DNA of 64,000 nucleotides from Octopus vulgaris (GCA_951406725.2 OX597823.1:1550001-1614000), one strand, 5' to 3'; shown: positions 12,903-28,612, counted from the stretch's first letter. Translations and numbers: made by a program. Notes: generated from the letters alone by a model not told the origin.

Positions 12903-13782
12903 CTATATCACGGTATCGACCAGACTAACGGATGTTGCTTTACATCGCTGGTCACAATACACTCTGCTTCGTTTTAGCTTCTGAATGGCCGCTGGCTTGG
13001 CGAGAGCAGACCAACATTCTCCCTGATCAGAAGAGGCTAATTTGTCATGGGGTTACCCATTTAATGCTGAGTTGGCTGTAGCAACGTGAAATGAAGAGTT
13101 TTGCTCAAGAACACCGTGAGCAGTCGTTCAAAGAAACGAGCCCATGATCTAGTATTCGTGTGTGCAACTGCCCTAAAAACTAGGCCACGCACCTTCATAT
13201 CTGCTCTTTATAAAAAAAAACTACTCTGTACAGAAATATAACAGTTGCTCTTCATACGATTATAAATACTCTACTCTACAAATAAACGTAACTGTGATTC
13301 CATACAGAAATATATATTTAGCTCTATAGCTATATACAGAGATATATATCTGTCGTCCTACAAGGAAATTAATTCGGAGCTCCATATATAAATGCAACTA
13401 AAGATCTTAATACACATATGATAGTATACTTAAACGCTAAAATAGTTCTCTAAATGGATGTAGAATTGTTGCTCTATATAAAAATGTCTCTGTAGCGCTA
13501 TTTTAAAACGGAACATTGTATACAATAATTGCATCCTTATATAGCAATATATAGCAATCTCTATATAGAGTAGAAGTTTCTAAATAGAAATAAATTATAG
13601 TTCTTTATAGAAATATAAATGTGGATCTAACTAGAGCTATATATAGACATATAGTTATAGCACTATATAGGAACGTAAAGGTAGTTCTATATAGAATAAA
13701 TACAACTCTATATAGAAATATAACTGTAGTACAATATAGAAATATGAATAGAAATAGAAATATGCTTCTATAGAAAAAAACT

Positions 13783-14070
13783 GGCGTGGCTGTGTGGTAT
13801 GAAGTTTGCTTTCCAACCAAATTGTTCCGGGTTCAGTCTCGCCGCGTGACACTTTGAGCATGTGTCTTCTGCTATACCTAAGGCCTACCAAAACCTTGTG
13901 AGTGGATCTCGTAGAGGGAAACTGGAAGAAGCCCGTCGTGTGTATGCGTATGTACCTGTGAGAGACCGATAGAACAAGTACCATTCCCCAAAATAATGAA
14001 GAACTGGCGGTCGATTCGTTAGAGGCGTTGCCCCAGCATGACCGCGGTTTAATGACTGAAACAAGTGAAA
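13783..14070 (+). mobile_element. tRNA-derived SINE family B (ggcgtggctgtgtggtaagaag...ccttgtgagtggatttggtagacggaaactg)
   Basis: A and B boxes; homologous copies at 21801-22183 (+), 34548-34855 (-) and 42097-42262 (-). Confidence 0.85.
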
Positions 14071-14201
14071 AATAAAAAATAAAAGATAAAACAAAAAAAA
14101 CAGAATTTTAGCTCTATATAGAAGGAAAATTGTATCTGACATAGAAATAAATTAGTAGTTCTATATAAAAATAGAACGGTGGTACTGTCTAGGAATATAT
14201 T

Positions 14202-14619
14202 TATTTCTGTATTGCTCACAAGGGTAAACACAGAGGGGACAAACAAGGACAAACAAACGGATCAAGTCGATTACATTGACTCCAGTGCGTAACTGGTACT
14301 TATTTAATCGACCCCGAAAGGAGGAAAGGCAAAGCCGACCTCGGCGGAATTTGAACTCAGAACGTCACGGCAAACGAAATACCTATTTCTTTACTACCAA
14401 CAAGGGGCTAAACACAGAGAGGACAAACAAGGACAGACAAAGGGATTAAGTCAATTACATCGACCCCAGTGCGTAACTGGTACTTATTTAATCGACCCGA
14501 AAGGAGGAAAGGCAAAGCCGACCTCGGCGGAATTTGAACTCAGAACGTAACGGCAGACGAAATACTGCTAAGCATTTCGCCCGGCGTGCTAACCTTTCTG
14601 CCAGCTCACCGACTATTGG
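14202..14619 (-). mobile_element. SINE family A, internally duplicated form with 13-bp TSD
   Basis: CTAGGAATATATT at 14189-14201 and 14620-14632. Confidence 0.9.
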
Positions 14620-14673
14620 CTAGGAATATATTGACATATAAATATATTTACAGATATATTTGGAGTTTTCTGT

Positions 14674-14990
14674 GAAGGCACGTGGCTTAGTGGTTAGGGC
14701 ATTCGGTTCACGATCGTATGGTTGTGAGTTCAATTCCCGGCGACGCGTTGTGTCCTTGAGCCAGCCACTTTATTTCACTTTGCTCCAGTCCATTCAGCAA
14801 AAATGAGCTGTACCTGTATTTCAAAGGGCCACCCTTGACACATTCAGTGTCACATTGAATCTCCCCGAAAGCGTACGTTAAGGGTACGCATGACTGTGGA
14901 ATACTCAGCCATTTTCACGTTAATTTCACAAGCAGGTTGTCCCGTTGATTGGATCAAGTGGAACCCTCGTCGCCGTAACTTACAGAGTGC
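14674..14990 (+). mobile_element. tRNA-derived SINE family C (V-SINE-like gtgtccttgagc..cactttatttcac..tgctccagtcca domain)
   Basis: A box tggcttagtgg, B box gagttcaattc; partial copy at 29705-29830 and a relative at 12906-13196 (-). Confidence 0.85.
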
Positions 14991-17034
14991 TCGTTTAGTT
15001 CTCTCTACAAATGTAATTGAAGCTGTATAAGGATAGATAATTCTGAATCTATTTAAAGATATAAGAACTCTATGTGAAGCTATAACGACAGCACTACATA
15101 GAAATAGAACTAGAATATATACATAGAGATACAACTATACAACTCTATATACATCTCTATACAGAGATGTAGACAGATAACCGTTGCTCTTTTCGAAAAT
15201 GTGAATGTGGTTCTTTGTAGAAATATTGCTGTAGCCCTATATAAAAATACAATTCTTTCTCTAAGGATAAATATAAGTGTAGCTCTATATACAAATATTG
15301 CTGTAGCTTACATAGAAATAAACAAGTAGTTTTATATAAAGATAATGTTGTGGCACTACATAGAAATATAATGATCTATATCGACCTATAACTATTTCGT
15401 ATAGAAATATAGTTTTTTTTATCTACAAATATAACTGTCGCGGTACATAGAAATATAATGGTAAAGCTATTTAGAAATATAACAACTCTATATAAACAAA
15501 AAAGAGTAGCACAAAAAAATAGAACTGTGACGACATATAGACGTACAATTCTAGTTCTATAAATGTTGCTCAATATAGACGTCCAACTGTGGCTCTATGT
15601 AAAAATACAACTCCATACAAAAATACAAGTGTAGAGAAATAGTACAAGAGCTCTCGATAACAATGTAAAGGGAGCCCTGAATAAACATATAGCAAAAAAT
15701 ATTCTTGTTGCTGCACATAGAAGAAAAATGCCAACATGTAATGAAATACGAATGTAGATCTCTATTTGGCTCTATAATGAAATATAACTACTCTATATAA
15801 TATAAGAATATAGAGGTAGCTCCATATATGAATAAAACAGAAGCTCTATGTAGAAGAAAACTGTATAGAAATTATAGCTGTGGCTCTACATAGACAAACG
15901 CTTGCTCTCTAGAGAAATTTGACGGTATCTCCATAAAAATTTAGCTCGATATAGAAATATTCGTGTTACTCTAAATAGAAACATGTCTAAGCTCTATGTA
16001 AAATGTGACTGTAGCTCTATAGAAAATATAACTGTAACTCAATATACAAATATTTCTGTTGCTGGTTAAACAAATATAACTGAAGTACTATATAGAAATA
16101 TAATGGTCGTTCCATGGAGAGATACAATGACTGGTCTATATGAAAATATTATTTCTGAATATAGAAATTTCACTATTGTATATAGAAATATAACTGTAGC
16201 TTTCTATAAAATATAACTGATGGGATATGTGAACATACAAATGTAGCATCATAACTGTCGTTCCCTTCATAAATGTATACATAGCAACAGAGAAATATCT
16301 ATATAGCTCTATAAAGATATACGTATATCTCTAGGTGTATCAATAAAGATATCGATGTAGTTCTATACAGAAATATAACTGATTTTATATGGAAATAAAA
16401 CAGTAGCGCTCTGCAGAAATATAATCGTAGCTATATATCATTCACCCAAGGTCAACTTTTAGTTACTCGCGAGTACTTCTAGGCGTCACCACTAATTCAG
16501 TTCTCAACCAAATTAAATACACCGTTTTAGCAATGATGATCAAATCTTCAGCGACGGTTTAACAACAAATAACTGCAATTTTATTCATTCAAAAGAAAGT
16601 TAGGTCAAAATATGTGAAGTCAAAACTGGGAGAGTAAAGCGAAAAACTGACTTTAAATTAAAATATCTCAGTTATTTCAAAAGAAAATTATAGATTGTGT
16701 TTAAAGGAATGTGGTCATTCAGAAGAGTATTTTAGTGAAAAATTAGCTAAAACAAAATTATAAGAGAAGAAAAAAGATGCGTGGCTTTATGTGATGAAAA
16801 ACAAGGCAAGTAACCCCCCAAATTGATTTGGAATCAAAATAGCTCAGCTATTGTTAAGGAAAACTACAGAATCGTTCTGTTCATGTAAAAGAGGTATATG
16901 AGAGGAATCTTGTGGTAAAAACTTCGTCAAAAAATATTTACTACAAAAAAAGTATTGTGACTTTAAGTGGCGAAAAGAAAAAAAGTGATCATTCTGATAA
17001 ATCTAGATATGTTTTCATTTTATAAAATATAAAA

Positions 17035-18128
17035 CCTGATACCAGAGGTTGCTTAGCTTTAATGGTCCAGTCCAATGCCAGAGGCTGCTTGGTGTAACGA
17101 TCCAGTCCGATGCCAGAGGCTGCTTAGCTTTAATGGTCGAGACCAATGCCAGAAGTTGCTTAGTGTAACACCCCTCCAACGTGACGTCGGTGATCGAGAA
17201 GCAAGCGAAGTCACTCAGAGATAATCATGACTTTACTCGTCTAACTATACTGTTATAACGAAGCGGACGTTATAACAGTCCGACGTTCGATTACAACAGT
17301 ACGGGTCCTGTCAGATACCGAAGCATGCTTACTGTAATAGTTCAGCCCGGTATCTGAGGCTGCTTAACTTTCATGGTCCAGCCCGATGCCAGAGGTTGTA
17401 TAGCGAAATGCTCCAGTTCGATGCCAGAATTTGCTTAGGTTTAATGATCGGGACCGATGCCAGGGGTTTCTTAGTTTCAATGGTCCCGCTTGTTGCCAGA
17501 GGTTGCTAAATGTGTAATGGTCCAGCCTAATGTCAGAGATTGCTTAACTTTAAAAGTCCAGCCCGATTCTAGAAGTTCCTTAGTGTAATAGTGCAGCCCG
17601 AGGCCAGAGGTCGCTTAGTGTAATGGTCCAGCCCGATGCCAGAAGTTCCATAGTTTTCATCGTCCAGCCTGATGCCAGAGGTTGCTTCATACAATGGTCG
17701 TTACCGATGCCAGAGGTTGCTTAGTGTAAAGTTCGAGCCCGACGGCAGAGGTTACTCCGTATAATGGTCCAGCCCGATGGAGAGAGCCTTAACAAAGTCG
17801 AATAAGGAAGTCGCGGATGAGGTAGCTCTACAACAATTACCAAGAGTATACCGAGTGGCACCAAATGCAAACACACCGGCGGCAGGTGTGTCACCACATG
17901 CACAAGCGAAAGGAAAAGAAAATGTACGGAGTTCCTGGAAGTGAATGACAAACAAATAAAATATTAAATTTGTAGCTAAAGGAAAAACAAAAAACCTCAA
18001 AACAGGGAGGTGAAGGTTATTGTTAATAAAAAGAAATAAAATTACACTTTCTATTTAAAAAATCTTAAAAGGAGAGATGTTATGGCGATAATAATAATAA
18101 TAATAATGATAATAATAATAATAATAAC

Positions 18129-18213
<85 letters not shown>

Positions 18214-18610
18214 CAACACCCCTCCTACGTGACGAGTGGTGTTGGGGTCGTTACAACTACTGTAACGTAGGAGGTCGAGAAGTAGGCGAAGTGGGTCATA
18301 GATAATCGTCTGTTTTAATGGTTTCTTAGCTTTTAATGTTCCAGCCCGATGCCAGAGGTTTCTTGGTGTAGTGGTCCAGCCTGATGCCAGAGGTTGTTTT
18401 GTGTAATGGTCCATTCCGATGCCAGAATTTGCTTAGTGTAATGGTTCAGCCCGATGCCAAAGGTTGCTTTGCTTTAGCGGTCCAGCCCGATGCCAGAGGT
18501 TGCTTAGCTTTTAATGGTCAGTGGTTGCATAGCTTTAATGGTTCAGCCCGATGCCAGAGTTTTCTTTGTGTAATGCCCGTTGCCAAAGTTTTCTTAGCTT
18601 TAATGATCTA
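17035..18610. repeat. 35-bp minisatellite GGTCCAGCCCGATGCCAGAGGTTGCTTAGTGTAAT in three blocks separated by unique inserts
   Basis: Blocks at about 17035-17168, 17335-17790 and 18312-18610; roughly 25 units. Confidence 0.9.
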
Positions 18611-18991
18611 GCCCCCTTAGCTGTAATTAGGAAGATACCGGGTTGGATTCTCTGTAGAGGCTTGCAGGTCAATATTCCCCTTTTCTAAGGGTATCTATCC
18701 TTCTCCTAAATTGTACTCACAGTTATTGTATTTTCGAGATTTCCTTCATTTACTGTAAATTCCCAACTCGGTCGGCGTTTCAGGGTTTGTGTATAAAAAT
18801 ATGTCCTTCGCGCATGGCAGTCAACTTTTAGTCAGCCGCCAGAATTTCTAAGCTTCATCTCTAATTCAGTTATTTTCAATTTAATATTATTGATTTTAAA
18901 ATTCCTTTATACTAAGCTAAAACATTTGACTTATTTTTAGCATCACTAGAATGAAAAACATAAAGGCAAATATAATTAATTATAATAATAG

Positions 18992-19890
18992 TAGTGTTGC
19001 CTGGAAAAATGGTGGACTAGAATGAAAAATATAGGCACAGAATGCTAGAATATTCTTAGGTATTGAACCTGGAAAAGTACAAAACCTTAAAATACTGCTG
19101 CTGAAGTTAGAATTTAAAGACTAAAATAGTAATAAATGCCCTTGAATACTTTTTATTTTTACATAAAATTTTTAACTAAAATACTCAAGAAGCCATTTAT
19201 TTTCAACTTTAGTGAAAAGATTAATTGCCTACAAATTTACGCAATATCAATTTGATATTACAAATTTTATGCTTTAATATTTTTTTTTAAATAGTCACAT
19301 TGTAGCAATTTAAGCAGAATCGACAATGTTTTATAACCGTTGCGTATTGTTTTAACCAAGAAAGTCGTTTCTACATTTTGCATTTATTCATTACCCTTCG
19401 TTTTTTTTTTAATATTCTCCAGGCTTTAAATAGAAAACACATTGTTATCTGATAAGACACACTTTAAAGAAATGAATTCTTTAGTGTCTTTAAATCTTCT
19501 TTTTGGTATGTTCCCTCTTATTTTTTAATTGCATATATTCTATATGAGTTTAATTTTAGTTAAGAAAATGAATTTTTTTAAATGATATAAAACTAAAAAT
19601 AAGATGGAAATGCTTTAGTTTAGTGCAAAGAAATCTTGAAATCAGAAATATTAACTTGAAATATTTAAATACAATAAAAAGCCCAAAACTATAGAAAACA
19701 AAGTGCACACACAACTTGAGGAACAATTCTAGAAATTTATTTCGTAAATTCTAACTTCAACAGCAATATTTTACGTTTTTGTTCTTGTTCTGTACTTTTC
19801 CAGATTCAATACTTCAGAATATTCTAGCATTCTGCGCCCGCATTTTTCATTCTAGCAGAAATTTAATTCTTGTTGCATCTGGAAATATTG
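18992..19890. mobile_element. MITE-like non-autonomous DNA transposon with about 130-bp imperfect terminal inverted repeats
   Basis: ctagaatgaaaaat...cagaatgctagaatattct...ggaaaagtaca...gaagttagaattta (19017-19117) is mirrored at 19745-19855; AT-rich interior. Confidence 0.75.
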
Positions 19891-19898
19891 TAGCAGCG

Positions 19899-19953
<55 letters not shown>

Positions 19954-20039
19954 GCTTCCTCTGTCTCTCTCTCTCACTCACTCACACTCTCTCTCTCTCT
20001 ACATACACACATATATATGTTTGTATATACATATATATT

Positions 20040-20098
<59 letters not shown>

Positions 20099-20108
20099 GT
20101 ATGTATGC

Positions 20109-20180
<72 letters not shown>

Positions 20181-20619
20181 ATAAGAATCCAAATGTTAAG
20201 GAATGGCGTAGATCAGATCTAGGTTACATATGTTTCCGAAGCGGACGGAGCCTCAGAAGTGGAAAATATCCAAACGATGTGTATACCTCAGGCTAGTCTT
20301 CAGGCCAAGGATGTCTTGATTGATTGAAAGTGTACATTGTCGCAAGGAAGTAAATGTTAACAGATGGAAGATTCAACCAGAATGTGAAGAGAATACAATA
20401 GGAGAATATAAATGTAGAGAGAAATAAGGATTAAAATATGGAAAAGAATATGAATAAGAGGATGGGGAAATATTTTTGATGAAGGGGGAGAAAATGTGTG
20501 CATGAGAAGGGGGATAAAAGTGTGTTGTTCTCTATTTTTGTAAGAGATATTAGTTGGGCATTGTGGTAAATTTAAGGGTCAGGTGTTAGTAGTGGAATTA
20601 TAGTTGGAGTTATGAGTGT

Positions 20620-21720
20620 TCTGCTACTCTCACTGTTACTTCTGAACAACATAACACATAAGACTAATCACTTAGAACAATACAAACCTCAAGCTACCCT
20701 TGCCTCGACATTCCTGTTAAATGTACGTGGCATCAATCCATCACGCACTCCTCCAAAATGGAAGATTCCTTACATAGAGGGTTGGCTTGCCGAAACGGCA
20801 CACTGCATCCCTTTCTTTATACTTGCTGAAACTCACCTAAACAGCACTCACGTGGATGCTGAGAGGAAAATAAAAGAATTCACCATCATCCGCACAGACC
20901 AAAATAAAGGAAGGACAGTCATTTTTCTCCATGACTCCTTTGCAGTTGATGCCAAGAACATATTTTCCAATGGCTACTGTGAATCCATATCATTATTCAA
21001 CAAGGTCAACGGCATAACCATTGTTGGTCGCTGCAGGCTTCCCCAATCACCTCTAAAGTACACAACAAAATCAAATCCTTCCTTCAAAAATACAAATCCG
21101 GAAACATCCTGGTGATGGGCGATTTTAACTTCCCTTATATAAACTGACCCACAAATACTCTAAGCTAGGCAACTGCACAACACCAGACAAAGCAGTAGGA
21201 GAATTATTCTTTAATCTAATGGATGAATTCTTCCTGACACAGCTATTGTTCGAACCAACAAGACAGAATAAAACGATCAGAACAAAGCGTAGTAGCTCCA
21301 TTCACAGCGTTTCAGTTGAAAAGACTCTTCTCTTGCACCGCGACACTGCAACTTTAATTTCCAGCATATCAAAACCAAACCAGCCAATCCGGTCCAGAGA
21401 AAAAGGTATCATGAGTCCTCTTTTCTTCTCCTTTGTACGGCAACACCTCGAATAGTGCAACCCACTGTAGTCACCTCATACAAAACGAAACATATCGAAA
21501 ACCGAATCACCCCAGAGGTCATTTACTAACAGAATTAAGGGCATGACTGACTTCGATTATTGGGACGGCCTCGAAGCATTGAAACTCTATTCTCTCCCGT
21601 GCCGCCGGGAGCGATACATCATTTGCCAGATGTGGAGGATATAGCTAATCCTATCATGTCGTGCTATTAAATTAGACATGGCCGAGACCAATCTTTGATC
21701 GAAACATATCTAAGTTATAT
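20620..21720 (+). mobile_element. CR1-clade LINE relic: APE endonuclease part joined by an internal deletion to the 3' end
   Basis: LLNVRG, LAETHL, MGDFNFP, EPTR, then FVRQHLE, LKLYSL..RRERY and a tail shared with 60105-60185. Confidence 0.8.
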
Positions 21721-23312
21721 AAGTGATCGAAGTAAATGATAAAAATAAATATATATATATAGAGAGAGAGAGGGGGGAGAGAGAGAGAAGGCGAGTGAGA
21801 CAGGTGTTCTCTAAGGTAAGAAGTTTGCTTCTCAACCATGATTCCGGGTTCAATCTTACTGCGTGCCTCTTTGGGCAAGTGTCTCCAACTAAACCTCGGG
21901 CCAACCTTAGTCCTGTGGGTGGATTTGGTAGACGGAAACTCAGTGTGTATGTATGTGCGTGTGTGTGTGTGTGTTTGTGTCTCTGTGTTTATGTTCTACC
22001 ACCGCTTGACAACCGGTATTGATGTGTTTATGTCCCCGTAACTTAGTGGTTCGGCAAAAGAAACCAATAGAACAAGTACCAGGCTTTAAAAAAACCAGTG
22101 CTTGGGTTAATTCATTTGTTTAAAAGTTCTTCAAGGCCGTGTCCCTGCTCGGACGCAGTTCAAAGACCGACACAGCTAAAAGATGTTAACTACTTCAATC
22201 AAAAACAATAACTGAAGTGCTATATAGAAATATAATTGCATCTACTTGTCTGTAGCTTTAAATGGAAAAATATCTGTTGCTGTCTATTGACATGCAATTG
22301 TAGCTTTATGTAGAAATACCGCCCTGCTCTGCTTAGTCCATTCTGTCCTGTACAGAATGGACTAAGTGGAGCAGGTCGATACACGAGGTCGGAAAGTGTC
22401 GCTGAAGAGGTGACAGATGTGTGACGAAAGATTTCCGGACAATGGACATCAGTTGAAATAAGAACAGTAATAAAGGAATGAGGAACGAATATATAGTGCA
22501 TGTGTTTCCCTGGCAAAAAAAAATATGTACGACGCGTTGAAATATGACAATATCTGTTTCAACACACGGTTTCACATCAGGAATCTTGCAACACAAATTC
22601 ATAAACGTAGTTCTATATACATATATAACTATTGTTCTATATCATAAGACAATATAACTACTCTATACCGAAACAGTGGTGTTTCTCTAGAGAAATATAA
22701 CTGTAGCTCAATATAGAAAAAATAACTGCATCTTTATAGTTCTATATAAACATCTTCCTCAGTTTGTGATCAAGTTTTATAGAGAGGTAAAAACATTTTC
22801 CTGAAAGTGTTCAGGAATATAACTAGCTCTCGATTTCCGGACTATGTTGCGTGTCGTCTCCCTAAACAAGACACTCTATTTTCCCCTGCTCTAGTTTTCT
22901 CAGCTAAAATTAAAACTGTTCTAGTTCACTCCTGTGTTCCCTGCATCCCTGGTGTCTCTTTGCGGATGTCCTGCTGGATCAATGAAGATGCCAAGAATAA
23001 TTATGAGAAGCCTGGTCCATGCTTGCGAGTGACGACTGTGATTTTCTACTCAGGCAAATAAAAACAAAGAAAAAACGAAAGAAAGAATGGAAGACAAAGA
23101 ATTCAATACTTTTATTGGTCTCGTTAAATATAGAATTTTTTTCGCTTTTTTGTTTTTCTTTTGTTTTCAGAAATACAAATTTTAAATTCCAGAAATCGAA
23201 GATAGAATTTTCCATTTCTGATATTCAGTATTTGTCAATCCAAACTTTACTTCCGGATTAAGCTAGAGATAAAAAAAAACAGTATAATATAAATTAGACA
23301 ACAGTACGGAGA

Positions 23313-23374
<62 letters not shown>

Positions 23375-24181
23375 AAGTGAAAGCAGAAAATTAATGAAAT
23401 AGAAAATAAGGAAAAAAATGGTAAAGTAATTAGAAAGAATGAGTTAAGTTTGCATTAAAATTAATGCGGTGAGCCTGAAATAACTAATTTAAAATATGTG
23501 GTGAGGAAAGGACAATAACGTTATAACAAATTCATTTCAGTGTGTAGGAGGATCAACTGTCGACATGTTCAAGCCTTATTAGATCTTCTCAGCGAAGTGT
23601 AGAATTTAGTGTCTGCTAATTCTTTTTTTTTTTTTTGTAATTAGATTTTTCTAATGCTAATTGCATTAGATATGGTAACATGAACTTAACTTTTGTTTTT
23701 CGTGTAGATGGCGTCCCTGATTCATTATGAATGATTTATTTCCTCCGCGATAATTCTTAAAATAGTTTTTTGCATCTATCCGTGTAGAATGTTGTACACT
23801 TAGTGATTCTCTCATCACGACTTTAAGAAGTACGGTGATATCTATACGTCACTGTGAAGGTTTAGTAGCATAGAAACAGGTCCCAGGTTAGCTCCCTTAG
23901 GGCCCGAATCGGTTGATATATAATATTAGTTAATGAACTAAAGTCGTTTTCTTTACACACCACATATTTATATCTAATATTTTCCAAGCTCACTCGTTAA
24001 TGATGTTAAATCTAACTTGAATATTGCTTTTTATGCAGACAGCCTCATTGAGTAAATAATCTCAGGGATTTGTTTTTCTAAATAAATTTCATGTTTACTA
24101 GATCGTTCAGGTGTAACTGAGTGCGTTAGCTCCATATAATGTCATGAACTAGGATTAGGAACATTATTCGCCAGATTATTA

Positions 24182-25193
<1,012 letters not shown>

Positions 25194-26145
25194 TTTCTAC
25201 AATTCTTTTGTACACACGTGGCAATAATTCAACATCTTAGATTAACTGCTACAAAATGTTATAACATTAACTTATTCGAGAACAAGGACCAAAATCAAAT
25301 CCGCTCATCATATTCCTCACAAGAATATGAGAGACAGCCATATTTTACATATTTTACTATGAACTCGAATAAATTGGGATGCTGAGGTCAGCAAAAAGAA
25401 CCTGACGTTTCGGAACAAGTACTTCATTTGACAAAGAGAAGTTGTAAATGGCACATTTAAATAGAAACAATGAACGGAAATTCACCGAAGCTCAATTACA
25501 TTTGGATATTGATCTTTAACTATTCACTAACATCATTAAAGAACACCACACTCCACATTTCTTTTTATATACTCTCTAACATTAATTTGCTTGTTTACTG
25601 TTCCTCCTCCTCCTCCTCTTCTCTCCTTTTCCTCCTCAATTATATTCTTAGCTTTACCTGAACTCTCAGCTGAAACTGTTTTTTTTTACTTTTTATTTTT
25701 CTCTCAGACGAAAGTTCATCACAAAACGAGTGTCGCCTTCCCCCACCCCCATCCCCCAAACACACGGAAACACAACTCGAACTCATGATCTGTTTCTATA
25801 ATGTGTGCCACCAGCATTGCCCTCGCCGTCATGAATGCTGTTGTTGTTGTCCTCTGAGTACCAGTAATTACAGTTACATCCATTTACGTTCTGCGTAGAC
25901 TTTACATCATAAAACCAGTTCCAGTGAAACACTTCAGTTTATTGTAACCTTTACAGCCATCTCTAGCCTCTCTGTGTATGCGTGTGTGTGTGTGTGTGTG
26001 AGTGTGTGTGTGAGTGTGTGTGTGGGTGGGGGAGGTTAATATCCTCCGAAGATTACAGGACTATTACCTCAGATATGAAATTATCAATAACAGTATGCTG
26101 ATCAAAACATTTTATATAATACAAACATGTATACATATATATATG

Positions 26146-26707
<562 letters not shown>

Positions 26708-27059
26708 GGGTGAGAGACAGACAGACGGACAGATTATCGAGGTAGAATTTCATAAAATAAGGAGACACAAAATGTCCGTACCTGCAACGGGAGTTTTGTT
26801 GATATTGTCAATTTCCTTTTCTTCATAATCATCATCATCATCATCAACAGCAATAACAATAAAAACATTACCAACAAAGATAATAACATCATCATCATCA
26901 TCGTCCTCATCGATACCGTCGTCGCCATATTATACATCATCATTATCATTATCGTCAACCGCATTATACTTTTATTATTATTGATATTAGCATTGTTATT
27001 ATTATTAGTATAATTATTATATTTATAATTTCTATTATTCATATTATTAGTCTCGTTCT

Positions 27060-27197
27060 TTACTTTCTGCCGACCTTGTCCAAATCAGGAATATTAATCA
27101 ATGTATCGATCATGCCGTGATTACGTTTGGACAAACCCCGCGGTTTATCCATGTGAATTGCTATCTCCAGAATTTTGCTGGCTAAACCAATTATTTC
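27060..27197 (-). CDS. cerebrin: Cerebrin/PDF-like neuropeptide precursor, second coding exon (EIIGLASKILEIAIHMDKPRGLS-KR-NHGMIDTLINIPDLDKV-GRK-stop)
   Basis: Strong acceptor gtttttttctctctcgtttcAG, then a dibasic KR site, a 17-aa peptide (27072-27122), the G-R-K amidation/cleavage signal and TAA. The peptide shares 9/17 residues (N1,G3,D6,L8,N10,P12,D13,L14,K16) with Aplysia cerebrin NGGTADALYNLPDLEKIamide, as recalled from memory. Confidence 0.92.
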   Translation of the reverse strand, partial: EIIGLASKILEIAIHMDKPRGLSKRNHGMIDTLINIPDLDKVGRK

Positions 27198-27611
27198 CTG
27201 AAACGAGAGAGAAAAAAACAATAAGAATATCAACAAGCGAATAAATCACTGGTGATGGCAGCCATGGCTGTAATCAGCGAGATCTCGTCCGAGCAACGTT
27301 ATTACGATTATTGTTGTTGTTGCGTGTGTGTGTGTGTGTGTGTGTGTGTGAGTGTGTGTGTGTGTGCAAACATGTATATAATAAGCATAAAAGGCGTCTT
27401 TGTAATTTGCGCTGGGAACATTAACTCACAGATTAACGATCGTTGTTTTTGCTGTGGCGTTTGTATTTGTCTGTGTGGCGGTTCTGTGGAATAATTGCAT
27501 GGCTATCGGTGGATCGAAGCTAAATATATGTACTTATGTGTATATATATATATTTGTGTGTGCATACACACATACACAGTAACACACATACACGCGCGCG
27601 AACACACACAC

Positions 27612-27643
<32 letters not shown>

Positions 27644-28014
27644 GTATGTATATTTATATATAATATATATATTTATATATATATATATATATGGAGAGTG
27701 CGAAAAAGTGCGTTTTAATATATATTTTGTATGTTTTCACGCACACACACACACACTCACACACACACTCATACACACACATACACATCTATATAAATAC
27801 ACATGCACACAGTGATAAATTCACATACACAGATAGACATACATGTCTGTGTGTCCCGATAGATGCGTATATAAGTATGAACATACACTGATGTAAATAT
27901 ATACAGATGTGTACATTATATGCATGTGTGTGTGTGTGTGTATGCAGGTGCGTTTCAATGTGTATGTCAATATGTATTGTTCTATTTTTGCCCTTTGCGC
28001 TTTTCCCTCATTTC

Positions 28015-28086
<72 letters not shown>

Positions 28087-28233
28087 GTGTGTGCATTTGG
28101 ATGTGTGTTCGGAAAATGATATGACAAAGATTAAAGAAATTATTTGAAATTCTTCGCAATAAAGCGACACAATTCCGACAAAATACAAATTCTTCAGATC
28201 CGTGAGCGCGTTCGGTCACATGCACAACGCACG

Positions 28234-28300
<67 letters not shown>

Positions 28301-28451
28301 ACACATGCGCACACAGATATACACGTTTCCCACTGACACTGTTGCTTAATAACCCCACCGCCACCTTCTCAAAACAATTACAACACTTACCCGTTCACCA
28401 CTTGCATGTTTATCTATAACAAAGTCAATCATCACAATTATTTATTCATTT

Positions 28452-28612
28452 TGTTGTTGTTGTTGTTGTTGTTGTTATTATTATTATCATCATCATCATC
28501 ATCATTATTATTATTATTATTGTTTTTATTATTATTACTATTATTATTATTATCATTATTATTATTATTATTATCATTATTATTATTATTATTATTACTA
28601 TTATTATTATTA

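Larger units (their letters stand above)
12660..16435. repeat. Degenerate 24-bp minisatellite (TAGCTCTATATAGAAATATAACTG), interrupted by SINEs; resumes at 22210-22830
   Basis: Recurrent gctctatatagaaatataactgta variants at about 24-bp spacing. Confidence 0.75.

Noticed and set aside
17035-18610. CRISPR-like 35-bp repeats
   Set aside because: The units are head-to-tail without unique spacers; this is a minisatellite.
25680-25790. Plus-strand acceptor-like polypyrimidine tract with a short ORF
   Set aside because: No matching donor or coherent reading frame was found.
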